Positions 28,867 to 39,874 of a stretch of DNA of 64,000 nucleotides are shown piece by piece. The DNA is from Planctomycetota bacterium (GTDB taxonomy: Bacteria > Planctomycetota > UBA8108 > SXIK01), in contig CBDCXR010000004.1 in NCBI GenBank assembly GCA_965223845.1, positions 544,001 through 608,000 of the forward strand, given 5' to 3'. The position numbers were made by a program, and so were the translations under genes. The first letter of the stretch is position 1, and each line of letters begins with the position of its first letter. A model generated the notes under the pieces. That model was not told the DNA's origin. It saw only the letters and a program-made list of their open reading frames with translations, and ran no database searches.

Positions 28867-29352
28867 ATGAAGTACAAACTCTTCGTCTTCGATCTCGACG
28901 AAACCCTTTGGTCCGTATCCGAGGGGCTGTGCACCCTCGTCCGCCCGCCGTTCAGCTTTCCGAGTCCGGACCGGATCGAGAGCGAAGAGGGGTTTTGGAT
29001 CGAGCTCAAGCCGGGCGTCCGCGACCTCTTCAAGTTCCTGAAGAAGCAGGGCTGCTACGTCTCTCTCGCGAGCCGAAACGACGCGAAGCCGACCCTCGAG
29101 ATTCTCGAGGCGTTCAAGCTCGCCGAGATCCTCGACTTCCCGCAGCTTTCGTGGCGCGCGAAGGAGGAGTCGATCTCGCGCATCCTGAAGGACATTCAGA
29201 AGCGCGACAAGGTCGTGATCCGGCCCGACGAAGTCTTCTTCCTCGACGACTGGCCCGAGAACGTCCAGCCGGTCCGCGATTGGGGGGCGACCGCGCTTCT
29301 CTTTGGCCAGGACGTGCAGAGCTTCGACGAGCTCCGCGCGATGCTGAAGTAG
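28867..29352 (+). CDS. Magnesium-dependent phosphatase-1 (HAD IIIC)
   Basis: FVFDLDETLW, ASRN, K, FFLDD..EN. Confidence 0.85.
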   Translation: MKYKLFVFDLDETLWSVSEGLCTLVRPPFSFPSPDRIESEEGFWIELKPGVRDLFKFLKKQGCYVSLASRNDAKPTLEILEAFKLAEILDFPQLSWRAKEESISRILKDIQKRDKVVIRPDEVFFLDDWPENVQPVRDWGATALLFGQDVQSFDELRAMLK

Positions 29353-29419
29353 AGCGAGCGCGGTCCGCGGCGGGCGAATCCGCGATTGCCTTCGGGCCGC
29401 ACGCCGCTATCGTAGGGGC

Positions 29420-29608
29420 ATGCAGATGCTCGGTCGCGGCCTTCAGATGTTCGGCCTCGTCGTCGTTCCGATGGCGCTCATCTACTATTTTTCGAATCGC
29501 GGACGCGAGACCGAAGCGAAGCTCATGTTCGGCGAGTTGACGATCCTCGCGCTCGGCGCGGCGAGCTTCTGGATCGGCCACATCATCCAGGGGCGAAACG
29601 GCGAGTGA
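29420..29608 (+). CDS. Small two-TM membrane protein
   Basis: 62 aa, two hydrophobic helices, host-like codons. Confidence 0.6.
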   Translation: MQMLGRGLQMFGLVVVPMALIYYFSNRGRETEAKLMFGELTILALGAASFWIGHIIQGRNGE

Positions 29609-29673
29609 GCCTCGCGTCTCGGCCCACCCGAAGTGACGAGTCCCGCGGCCGGGCGCGACGAACGGGGAGACCG

Positions 29674-31859
<2,186 letters not shown>

Positions 31860-31886
31860 TCGCCGCCGGGCCGGTGAGATCTCCGG

Positions 31887-31915
31887 GTGACTCCGCTCGG
31901 TGTGCACGGTAGAAT
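31887..31915 (+). promoter_or_regulatory. Candidate promoter for yajC-uORF-secDF
   Basis: GTGACT-17 bp-TAGAAT. Confidence 0.45.
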
Positions 31916-31981
31916 GCGCCGTTTCCGCTCGCGCGGCGCCGAGACGGAACCGAGGACGTCGAACTTTCAGGACTGAGATCG

Positions 31982-32392
31982 ATGCACCAGCTCATACCGG
32001 TTGTGATCGCCCAGGCGGAGGCCACGCCCCCGCCGCCGCCGGCGGACGGACAGGCGCCGGCCGCCGAGCCTCCGGGAGGGAGCTTTCTCATCCCGATGCT
32101 GATCGTGTTCTTCATCTTTTACTTCCTCATCATTCGTCCCAGCTCAAAGCAGCGAAAGCAGCGTGAAGCCGCGGTGCGGGGGGTGAAGAAGGGGGATGCA
32201 GTGGTAATGTCGGCTGGGATGAAGGGAATCGTCAAGAAGGTCGACGAACACGAAGTGACCGTGCAGATCGATCGAGACAAGGACATCCGAGTCCAGTTCC
32301 TAAAGGGAGCGATTCTCGAGGTCCTGCCGGATTCGACGGGTGAAGTGAGCGACGCGACGCAGCGAGAGCTCGCCGACCGCGCCTCGCGGTAG
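31982..32392 (+). CDS. yajC: Preprotein translocase subunit YajC
   Basis: IFYFLIIRP..KQRK, KKGD.V....G..G.V, located between tgt and secDF. Confidence 0.93.
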   Translation: MHQLIPVVIAQAEATPPPPPADGQAPAAEPPGGSFLIPMLIVFFIFYFLIIRPSSKQRKQREAAVRGVKKGDAVVMSAGMKGIVKKVDEHEVTVQIDRDKDIRVQFLKGAILEVLPDSTGEVSDATQRELADRASR

Positions 32393-32429
32393 GGAGACGA
32401 CTGGCGCAGCGAACGGAAGTGATCGGCTC

Positions 32430-32900
32430 GTGACGAAAACTCGACTTCGGTTATCGTCTCTGATCGTCTTCGTGCTCGCGGCGATGGCGCTGCGTTCGGG
32501 TGCCGATTGCCTCGGCGACCTCTTCGCACTTCCCGACGAGCGCGGAGCGCGAGCTGCGGAGAGCGATTCCGCGGAAGGATTCGTCCGGCCGTCGACGACC
32601 GACCGGCCGGCTGACCCGGCGGCCGAAACCGATGGGCCGCGAGACGAATCCGAGTCCGTCCCCGCGTCGTCGGGCGCCGGATCTTGCGCCGACGCCGGTA
32701 TCGTTGGCACGCCATCGAGCGGCCTCGTTCGCGTTCCGAGCTCCGCTCGAACCGCGACGCACGCCGTTGTTGCCACCGCCGCCGCGTCGCTGCCGATCAC
32801 GCGCGCGTGGCGCTGTGCCGGCCCGAGTCCTCTCTCGTCGCCGCTCGCGCTCGCTCGCGCGAGTGTCGCCGCGCCTCGCGCCCCGCCGTCCGAGACCTAG
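32430..32900 (+). CDS. Candidate RAPP-type translation arrest (secretion monitor) peptide upstream of secDF
   Basis: N-terminal basic + hydrophobic signal (MTKTRLRLSSLIVFVLAAMAL), disordered middle, C-terminal ...AAPRAPPSET*. RAPP codons at 32877-32888. Confidence 0.7.
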   Translation: MTKTRLRLSSLIVFVLAAMALRSGADCLGDLFALPDERGARAAESDSAEGFVRPSTTDRPADPAAETDGPRDESESVPASSGAGSCADAGIVGTPSSGLVRVPSSARTATHAVVATAAASLPITRAWRCAGPSPLSSPLALARASVAAPRAPPSET

Positions 32901-33078
32901 GGATTCGCTCCGACGCGCCGGCGACTAGTGCGGCCGTCGTCTTCTTCGCGTCGAGCGGGCGCAGAGCGCCCGGATCGACGTCCCGCTTCCGCTCCGCGGA
33001 TCCTGCGCAGCAGGCTCCGCGCCCTCGGTGCACCACTTCGCCGAGCTCCCTCAGAAAACACGGAACTTCGAGGCATCC

Positions 33079-36045
33079 ATGTACAAGAAAACCTTTTGGG
33101 GATTCACCGTCCTCGCCCTCGTGATCGCGTTCGCGATCTGGCTCCTCTACCAGGTGCCGATTCAGCTCGGAATCGACCTCCGCGGCGGCACGGAGCTCAC
33201 CTACCGTCTCGATCTCAGTCTGGTCGAGACGTCGCGCGCGGACGTCGGCGAGCAAGTGAAGAACATCATCAGCCGGCGTCTCAACGCGTACGGCCTGAAG
33301 GAGATCAACGTCTCCGTCCAGGGCGATGATCACCTCGTCGTCCAGCTTCCCGGCACGGATGCGCAATCCGTGAGCGACCTCAAGCGTCAAGTCGAGACCG
33401 CGGGTGAGCTCGAGTTTCGACTTGTCGCGTCCCCGAGTGAGGAGACTCAGGACAAACAAGCGCAGTATCAGCGACTCGAGCGCGAATACGACGAGAAGCT
33501 GCGGGTTTGGATCGCGAGCGACCGCTCGTCGCCGCGGCCGATTGCACCGGCCTACATCGTCCGGCCGGTCGTGGAGAAGGAGAACGCGAACGATCCGCGC
33601 AGCGACTTCAAGCCGACGGGGAGTAACCGCACGCTCGTCAACGACGAGGACAGCATCATCAGCGGGAAGTTCCTTTCGCGAGTCGGTCCGACGCGCGACC
33701 AGAGTCAGCGTCCCGCCGTTCACTTCGAGTTCTCGGGAAACGAGGCGCTCCGCTTCCACGAGCTCACGCGCAACAACATCGATCGCGGCCTCGCGATTCT
33801 GCTCGACGAGGACATTCTCCAGATCGCGAACATCGACGAGGCGATCCCCGGCTCCGGCCAGTTGAGCGGCGACTTCTCCGACCAGGACGTGCAGGGAATC
33901 GTGACGATCCTCCGCGGCGGAAGCATGCCGACGAAGCCGAGGCTGATCTCGGAGATGACCGTCGGCTCCGTGGTCGGACAGGATTCGATCCTCACGAGCC
34001 TCTACGCGGTCGTCTGCGGTCTGATGGCGGTGATGGCGGTGATGGCGGTCTATTACCTGTTCGCGGGCTGCGTGGCGAACTTCGCCGTCGCGCTGAACGT
34101 CCTCCTCATCCTCGCCTACATCGCGTGCTTCCGGCAGACGCTCACGCTCCCCGGAATCGCGGGGATCCTGCTCACGGTCGGTATGGCCGTCGACGCCAAC
34201 ATCCTGATCTTCGAGCGCGTGCGCGAGGAGAAGAAGAAGGGCAAGTCGCTCCTCCAGTCGCTCTCGACCGGCTATCAGCGCGCTTTCTGGGTCATCTTCG
34301 ATGCGAACTTAACGACGCTCATCACCGGATTCGTGCTCTTCAACTTCGGGACGGGGCCGGTGAAGGGCTTCGCGGTGACGCTCATCAGCGGAATCTTGAT
34401 CAGCTTCGTGACGGCGATCTTCGTGACTCGCCTCATCGTCAGCCTGTTCTACAACCTCGGCCTCGTGAAGAACCTGAAGATGTTCGAAGCGTTCGATACG
34501 CCGAAGATCGGGTTCGTCTCCGTGCAGCGTCGGTTCCTCATGCTCTCGGTCGTGGTGATCCTCATCACGTCGTGCCTCGTCCTCTTCCGCGGGAAGGCGA
34601 ACTACGGGATCGACTTCACCGGTGGCGCTCGAATCAACATGCAGCTCTCGCGGGCGGTGTCGATCTCGGAGATGAAGGAAAAGATCGACGCCCTCAAGGA
34701 GGCGAACCCCGACCTGTTTCTCGACTACGGCCTCCAGACCATCGGCGGCGACGGCGGTGAAGCTCGCGCATTCTCGCTCCGCACTCGCGTCAAGGAGGAG
34801 GGCGTTTCGATCGCCGACGCGCAGGAACCGGCGGCGGCACCGGAGGCGGAGACGCCCGAGACGACTCCACCTGCCGTCGCTCCGGCGACCGGAAACTCTG
34901 CGCCGGTCGCGCGCGACGCGGTGGAGGAGGTGAGTTCTGCGCCCGCGGCCGTCGAGGGGGACGCTCAAAAAGTCCGAGTGGTGCTCGAAGAAATGCTCCG
35001 GAGCGAGGGGCTTCTCCTCCCGCCTCTGTTCCCGGTATCGAACTGGTCCGCCGCGAGCGGAGTCGGGCAGGAGACCCAGGAGTTTCTCACGCTCGAGGTG
35101 AACTTCCTTTGGGTGAGTCCCGATCTCACCGAAGACTCGATCAAGGAGTCGATCCAGGCGGAGTTCTCGGCGCATCCGCTTCTCGGCGCGCCGACCGGTG
35201 CCGACGCGGCGAGCGGCTACTCGGGGATTCAGGTCGCGGAGGTGAAGCTCCTCGAAACTCCGCCTCCGGCGGAGGATGGGGTCTCCCGCTACCGCTTCGT
35301 CACCGCTCCGTACTCGCCGCCTCCTCCAGGCGCCGCGCGGTCGAACGTTCCTACCAAGGAGCAGGTGGTCGACGCCTTCCGAACGTACTTTCAAGACCAC
35401 GGTCCCGCGGCGACCGCCGCGGGGAATAAGCGCCACTTCGAGCTGTCGGAGCCGTTCTCCGAAGTCTCGACGGTCGGTCCGAGCGTCGCGACGAACCTCC
35501 AGCAGGACGCGATCATCGCGCTCTTCATTTCGATGCTCGGCATCATCTTCTACGTGTCGCTCCGGTTCGAGTTCATCTTCGGCCTCGCGGCGATCGTCGC
35601 GCTGATTCACGATATCGCGATCACGATCGGAGTCGTCGCCGTCGTCGACACGGTTTTCGGTGCGACGTTCCCCGTGAAGATCAACCTCGCCGAGCTGGCG
35701 GCTCTCCTCACGATCATCGGGTACTCGATCAACGATACGATCGTCGTGTTCGATCGAATCCGCGAGAACTTGCAGATCCACGCGAAGAAGCGGCTCTCGT
35801 TCAAGGAAATCGTCGATCTCAGCATCAATCAAACCCTCAGCCGAACGCTGTGGACGTCGGTGACGACGCTCATTGCGACATCGGTGCTGATCCTCTTCGC
35901 AACGGAGGCCGTGCGAGGATTCACGTTCATCTTCATGGTCGGAATCATCACCGGGACGTACTCCTCGGTGTTCGTCGCGAGTCCAGTGCTGATCTGGCTC
36001 CACGCGCGCGCCCAGCAGCGGCGGGAGGCGCTGGCGAACGCCTGA
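33079..36045 (+). CDS. secDF: Fused protein translocase subunit SecDF
   Basis: LGIDLRGG, TLTLPGIAGILLTVGMAVDANILIFER, GPVKGFA, YGIDFTGG, VGPSV, IGYSINDTIVVFDRIREN, QTLSRT. Confidence 0.96.
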   Translation: MYKKTFWGFTVLALVIAFAIWLLYQVPIQLGIDLRGGTELTYRLDLSLVETSRADVGEQVKNIISRRLNAYGLKEINVSVQGDDHLVVQLPGTDAQSVSDLKRQVETAGELEFRLVASPSEETQDKQAQYQRLEREYDEKLRVWIASDRSSPRPIAPAYIVRPVVEKENANDPRSDFKPTGSNRTLVNDEDSIISGKFLSRVGPTRDQSQRPAVHFEFSGNEALRFHELTRNNIDRGLAILLDEDILQIANIDEAIPGSGQLSGDFSDQDVQGIVTILRGGSMPTKPRLISEMTVGSVVGQDSILTSLYAVVCGLMAVMAVMAVYYLFAGCVANFAVALNVLLILAYIACFRQTLTLPGIAGILLTVGMAVDANILIFERVREEKKKGKSLLQSLSTGYQRAFWVIFDANLTTLITGFVLFNFGTGPVKGFAVTLISGILISFVTAIFVTRLIVSLFYNLGLVKNLKMFEAFDTPKIGFVSVQRRFLMLSVVVILITSCLVLFRGKANYGIDFTGGARINMQLSRAVSISEMKEKIDALKEANPDLFLDYGLQTIGGDGGEARAFSLRTRVKEEGVSIADAQEPAAAPEAETPETTPPAVAPATGNSAPVARDAVEEVSSAPAAVEGDAQKVRVVLEEMLRSEGLLLPPLFPVSNWSAASGVGQETQEFLTLEVNFLWVSPDLTEDSIKESIQAEFSAHPLLGAPTGADAASGYSGIQVAEVKLLETPPPAEDGVSRYRFVTAPYSPPPPGAARSNVPTKEQVVDAFRTYFQDHGPAATAAGNKRHFELSEPFSEVSTVGPSVATNLQQDAIIALFISMLGIIFYVSLRFEFIFGLAAIVALIHDIAITIGVVAVVDTVFGATFPVKINLAELAALLTIIGYSINDTIVVFDRIRENLQIHAKKRLSFKEIVDLSINQTLSRTLWTSVTTLIATSVLILFATEAVRGFTFIFMVGIITGTYSSVFVASPVLIWLHARAQQRREALANA

Positions 36046-36079
36046 TCGGACGGCGCCGGTCTCGTCGCCACCCACCTCG

Positions 36080-36127
36080 GAGCCGCCGTCTCGCGCCGAT
36101 TTTGCCGCGAGACGGCGGCTCGTTTTG
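36080..36127 (+). terminator. Intrinsic terminator of secDF operon
   Basis: Perfect 16-bp inverted repeat GAGCCGCCGTCTCGCG / CGCGAGACGGCGGCTC followed by GTTTTG. Confidence 0.75.
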
Positions 36128-36631
36128 CTTGTGGGCCGACGGGGCCGGCGTGGCTGCGCCCGCTCGCGGGGGACCGCGGCCGTGACGGAGGCACGCGGAG
36201 CGGCGGAGAAACGCGGTTGACCTCGCGCGCCACGCGAGATTAAAGTGGTCCGCCGAAGTTGAAGAGTTACCAGAACATTCGCGTCCGCGAGGAGTTCGCC
36301 GGATCGTCGAGGAGTTCTGGCCGGACCGTTCCGTGTGGTGGTGAGTCGCGGAGGCTCGTCGCTGCCCGGGGGAGCCCGAGTGGAAGGACCGGACCGCGGT
36401 CCAGCCGCCGGCTCGCCGTCCTACACATCAGAGGAGCACGCTCGTCCCGGTGACGTCGCGACGGAGCATCATCGATTCGGGGTCGAAGTCGCCGGAGACT
36501 TCCCGAGTCGGTGCCCCGCGGTCCATCCGGGAATGGAGTGACAGTCTCGGTGCCGATCGATCGCGCGCCGAGACGGGTGGCGCTCGTCCGAGGCTCAGCG
36601 CGCGCTCACCCACAGAGGAAGGGAGAGATCT

Positions 36632-37933
36632 ATGAGCAGCGGGACCAAGGTTGCCCTCGTTGCGTTGTTGGTGCTGATGGTGGTCGTCATCGCGCGGCTC
36701 GTTCAGGACGACTCCGATCCGGCGCCGACCGAAACCGGTGAGAGCTCGAGTTCCGCCGACGCGTCCGAGGGGCCCGGCGACGAGCCCGCATCGGGATCGC
36801 CGCGCACCGAACGCCCGTCCGACTCGCGCGCGGGGGAACGATCGAGGTCGCCGGCGATCGCCGGCGGGCTGAGCGGCTCTCAGCCGAACACTCGGGCGGG
36901 CCGCCTGTCAAACGACTCGGCGCGGTCCGGAGATCGGCGAACCGGAAATTCAGCGCGGCCGGGAACGCTGACGCGCGGGGCGGGTGGCTCCACTGGGAGA
37001 GGAAACGAGCCAGCCTCGGGTGACGTGAACTCGTCGCGTGAATCTCGGCGTTCCGCCAATCCGGGACGCTCCGGGCGCCTGAATCTCGCGGGACGGAGTC
37101 CGCGGGCGCCGAGTCCCGTGTTTCACGGGGACGAGGAACCCTCCCGCGGCGCACCGCCGACCTCGATCGGCGCGGAGCGGTCCGCCGCTGGCGATGGTTC
37201 ACGTCCACGCAACGAAGATCGCGGGGTCGTCTCGAATACCCGGCTCCGCGATCCGGCGCGGGTCGCGACGGAACGCCCCGTCGGTTCCTCGAGCGGCGCG
37301 AGCTCGACCGGGACACCCGGTGATCTGGGTAAGGGAGACTTGGCCAAGGGGGCGACGGGAGCGCGCGACGGGCGCGCGGAAAACCTACGGCTCCGCCAGT
37401 TCACGCCGTCGCCGACTCGTTCCGACTCGAAGAACCGGACGGCGACCCGTGACAATGGCGGCTCGTCGGTGAAGGATCGGGACGCGACGAACCGGACGGC
37501 AAAATTCCCCCGGAAGTACCGCATCCGTCCCGGAGACGGCTACTGGCGCATCGCGCATCAGCAGTACGGCGACGCGTCGCTCGCGAGCTTCATTCAGAAG
37601 ACGAACCCGAAGGTGCGGATGCATCCCGGGAAAGAGCTCACGCTTCTCCCGCCGCCGGCAAAGAAGCGCACGCCGACGAGCACCGCAAGCTCGTCGAACT
37701 CGCGCCTCCGCAGTGCGAATCCGGCGCCCGCCTCGAACCGGGGAGCCGGTGCGTCCGCGAGTCCTTCGTCGTCGCAGCGAAAGCACCTCGTCAAGAAGGG
37801 CGAGACGCTCTGGGGCCTATCGCGCCGGTTCTACGGGACCTACTCGGAGATCGAGAGGATCAAGGCGGCCAATCCTTCGCTTCGAACGCGCGATCTGCGG
37901 GCCGGCGAGACGATCGTGATTCCGAAAAAGTGA
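36632..37933 (+). CDS. Membrane-anchored protein with long disordered linker and two LysM domains
   Basis: N-terminal TM. YRIRPGDGYWRIAHQQYG and HLVKKGETLWGLSRRFYG...LRAGETIVIP. Confidence 0.88.
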   Translation: MSSGTKVALVALLVLMVVVIARLVQDDSDPAPTETGESSSSADASEGPGDEPASGSPRTERPSDSRAGERSRSPAIAGGLSGSQPNTRAGRLSNDSARSGDRRTGNSARPGTLTRGAGGSTGRGNEPASGDVNSSRESRRSANPGRSGRLNLAGRSPRAPSPVFHGDEEPSRGAPPTSIGAERSAAGDGSRPRNEDRGVVSNTRLRDPARVATERPVGSSSGASSTGTPGDLGKGDLAKGATGARDGRAENLRLRQFTPSPTRSDSKNRTATRDNGGSSVKDRDATNRTAKFPRKYRIRPGDGYWRIAHQQYGDASLASFIQKTNPKVRMHPGKELTLLPPPAKKRTPTSTASSSNSRLRSANPAPASNRGAGASASPSSSQRKHLVKKGETLWGLSRRFYGTYSEIERIKAANPSLRTRDLRAGETIVIPKK

Positions 37934-37997
37934 AGCGAGTGACGTTCGCGCGCTTCGGAAACCGAGGCGGCGATTTGCGAGCTCGAGAAGAAGATGT

Positions 37998-38175
37998 CAC
38001 CACGAAGGGCTTGAGAAGGGCACGAAGGAAGGAAGGAAGGAAGGCGGGCGGAGAGATAGAGATGACCGATCGGACGGATCTTCGGCCGGCTGGATCCGCC
38101 CCTCGTCAGACCTCTCCATCGTTCTCTTTCGTTCTTGATTCTTCCCTTCGCGCCCTTCTCAAACCCTTCGTGGTG
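37998..38175. repeat. REP/MITE-like element with 31-bp terminal inverted repeats between convergent genes
   Basis: CACCACGAAGGGCTTGAGAAGGGCACGAAGG (37998-38028) matches the reverse complement of 38145-38175 with 2 mismatches. Confidence 0.8.
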
Positions 38176-38242
38176 CAATCTCTTCCTCTTCCTCTTCCTC
38201 TTCCACGCACCGCGCCGGGAAGCTTCATCGCCGACTAGCGAC

Positions 38243-39874
38243 TTACCGCTTCCGAGAGCGCTTCGACTTCGACTTCTTCGCCCGAAGATTGCGCATGTAC
38301 TCGCGAAACTCATCCGCGATCGTGCTGAACCGGTCGATCGGCCCCTCACCCTTCGCCGGGATGTAGTCGGCGAGCGCGTACTTGTCGCGGATGCGACCGC
38401 CGTAAAAGTCGCTCACGAATCGAAGGAAGTCCTCTTTGTAGACTTCCTCGTCGTAGTGCATGAAGAAGTGGACGAGCGCGCCGCTCAGCGCGTAGTTCGC
38501 CGTGCGCCCGGTTTCGTGGAAGCTCTTGTTGTCGACCGTGACGAACTCTTCGAGGTCGAAGCTCCCTTCCTTCAGAATGCCGCGGGCCATCGTCAACTCG
38601 GGAATGTCGGTCTTCCGTCCCGGGTACCACTTGTCGCCGCTCCGCGCCCAGGTCTCGACGTAGACGGCGAGGCCCTCGATCACCCAGTTGTTCGCGACGC
38701 TTCCGCCGCCGGTGTCGTCCTTCGTTTCCTCGAAGAGCTGGTGGGCGACCTCGTGGAAAAGCGTCGCGTAGGTCCGCTCCTGGTCCTCGGTGAAGAAGAA
38801 CCGCGACACGCGATCTCTCGGGCTGTAGAAGCCCGCCGACTCGCGGAGCAGCTGCTTGTTGCCGTGTTTCTCACGGACGTGCTGGAGGTAGTCGTAGCGG
38901 TCCTTGAAGACGTAGACCGGGTGAAGATCGGCCTTCCCGAGCTGAAAGAGGAGCTTCCCGCTCTTCTTCTGTTCGTAGTAGCCGAGGAAAACGCGCAGGA
39001 ACTCGCGTTTGAACGAGTCGAGAATCTGCGCGAACTTCCACGCTTCCGCGCGACCCTTCTTGGTCGACACTGCGAAGAACTCGCTCGTCACGCGATAGGG
39101 GTTGTAGTCGTTGCGATTGCGGCGTTCGCGCTCGACGTCCTTCGGGACCCAGTCCTTCTCGCGCCACGGACGAAGGCCCTCGTCCCATTTCTTCTTGTGC
39201 TTCTTCTCGACCCAGCCCTCATCGGTCAGGTAGTGCTTCCTCCGTAGCTGGAGCTCCCACTTTCGTCGCCAGCTTTTCTCCTTGCTGTCCCAGGCGTAGC
39301 CGAGAGCGGCTCGCGCATTCTTCACGGCGGAATTCGTCGGGTCGTCGCTCGTCTCGAGGATTTCGTGAAGGAGCTGGAACGCCCGCGTGTAGAGCCCGTA
39401 GCGGAAGCCTCCCTCGGCGAACCGGAAGAGCGCTTTCGCATGCGCCGCGCGAGCGCGCTCGAGGTCGCTCCGAAACCGGTCGCGCGCCGGCTCGAGATCC
39501 TTGTCTTCGGACGGCTTCTCGACGTCCGTGAGCTCTCGGCGAAGTTCGGCGAGTCGTTCGTAGTCGGGATTCAGCCGGCGAATCTCTTTGTAGAGGTCAC
39601 GCCCTTCTTTGATCAGCCCCTTCTTTGCCCCCGACGCGGCGAGCTTGTCGAGCGCCGCGCTGTACTTGTCGCGGACTCGGATCGACTCGCGGCGAAACGC
39701 GTCCTTTACCTGCTCCTCGCTCGGCTTGTTCCGCCCGCGCGATTGGGCCGTGGCCCCGGATTCGCTGATCGGGAAAAGCGCGGCGATGACGACGAGGCCC
39801 GTCGCGGCGCCGAGCAGTCGCCGTCGAGCGCGCCGTCGATGGGGGCAAGAGGGCCCGCCCTGCGGGCTAATCAT
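38243..39874 (-). CDS. DUF1570-like secreted putative metallopeptidase
   Basis: TLFHEVAHQ (HExxH), WVIEGLAVYVE, YALSGALVHFF. Signal with RRRLL. Start taken at ATG 39874. Confidence 0.75.
   Translation of the reverse strand: MISPQGGPSCPHRRRARRRLLGAATGLVVIAALFPISESGATAQSRGRNKPSEEQVKDAFRRESIRVRDKYSAALDKLAASGAKKGLIKEGRDLYKEIRRLNPDYERLAELRRELTDVEKPSEDKDLEPARDRFRSDLERARAAHAKALFRFAEGGFRYGLYTRAFQLLHEILETSDDPTNSAVKNARAALGYAWDSKEKSWRRKWELQLRRKHYLTDEGWVEKKHKKKWDEGLRPWREKDWVPKDVERERRNRNDYNPYRVTSEFFAVSTKKGRAEAWKFAQILDSFKREFLRVFLGYYEQKKSGKLLFQLGKADLHPVYVFKDRYDYLQHVREKHGNKQLLRESAGFYSPRDRVSRFFFTEDQERTYATLFHEVAHQLFEETKDDTGGGSVANNWVIEGLAVYVETWARSGDKWYPGRKTDIPELTMARGILKEGSFDLEEFVTVDNKSFHETGRTANYALSGALVHFFMHYDEEVYKEDFLRFVSDFYGGRIRDKYALADYIPAKGEGPIDRFSTIADEFREYMRNLRAKKSKSKRSRKR

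Noticed and set aside
34309-36075. Long antisense and alternate-frame ORFs here and throughout (e.g. 1055..2731, 12379..13893, 61087..62769)
   Set aside because: Shadow ORFs of real genes, expected in GC-rich DNA. They are R/A/P-rich and have no motifs.
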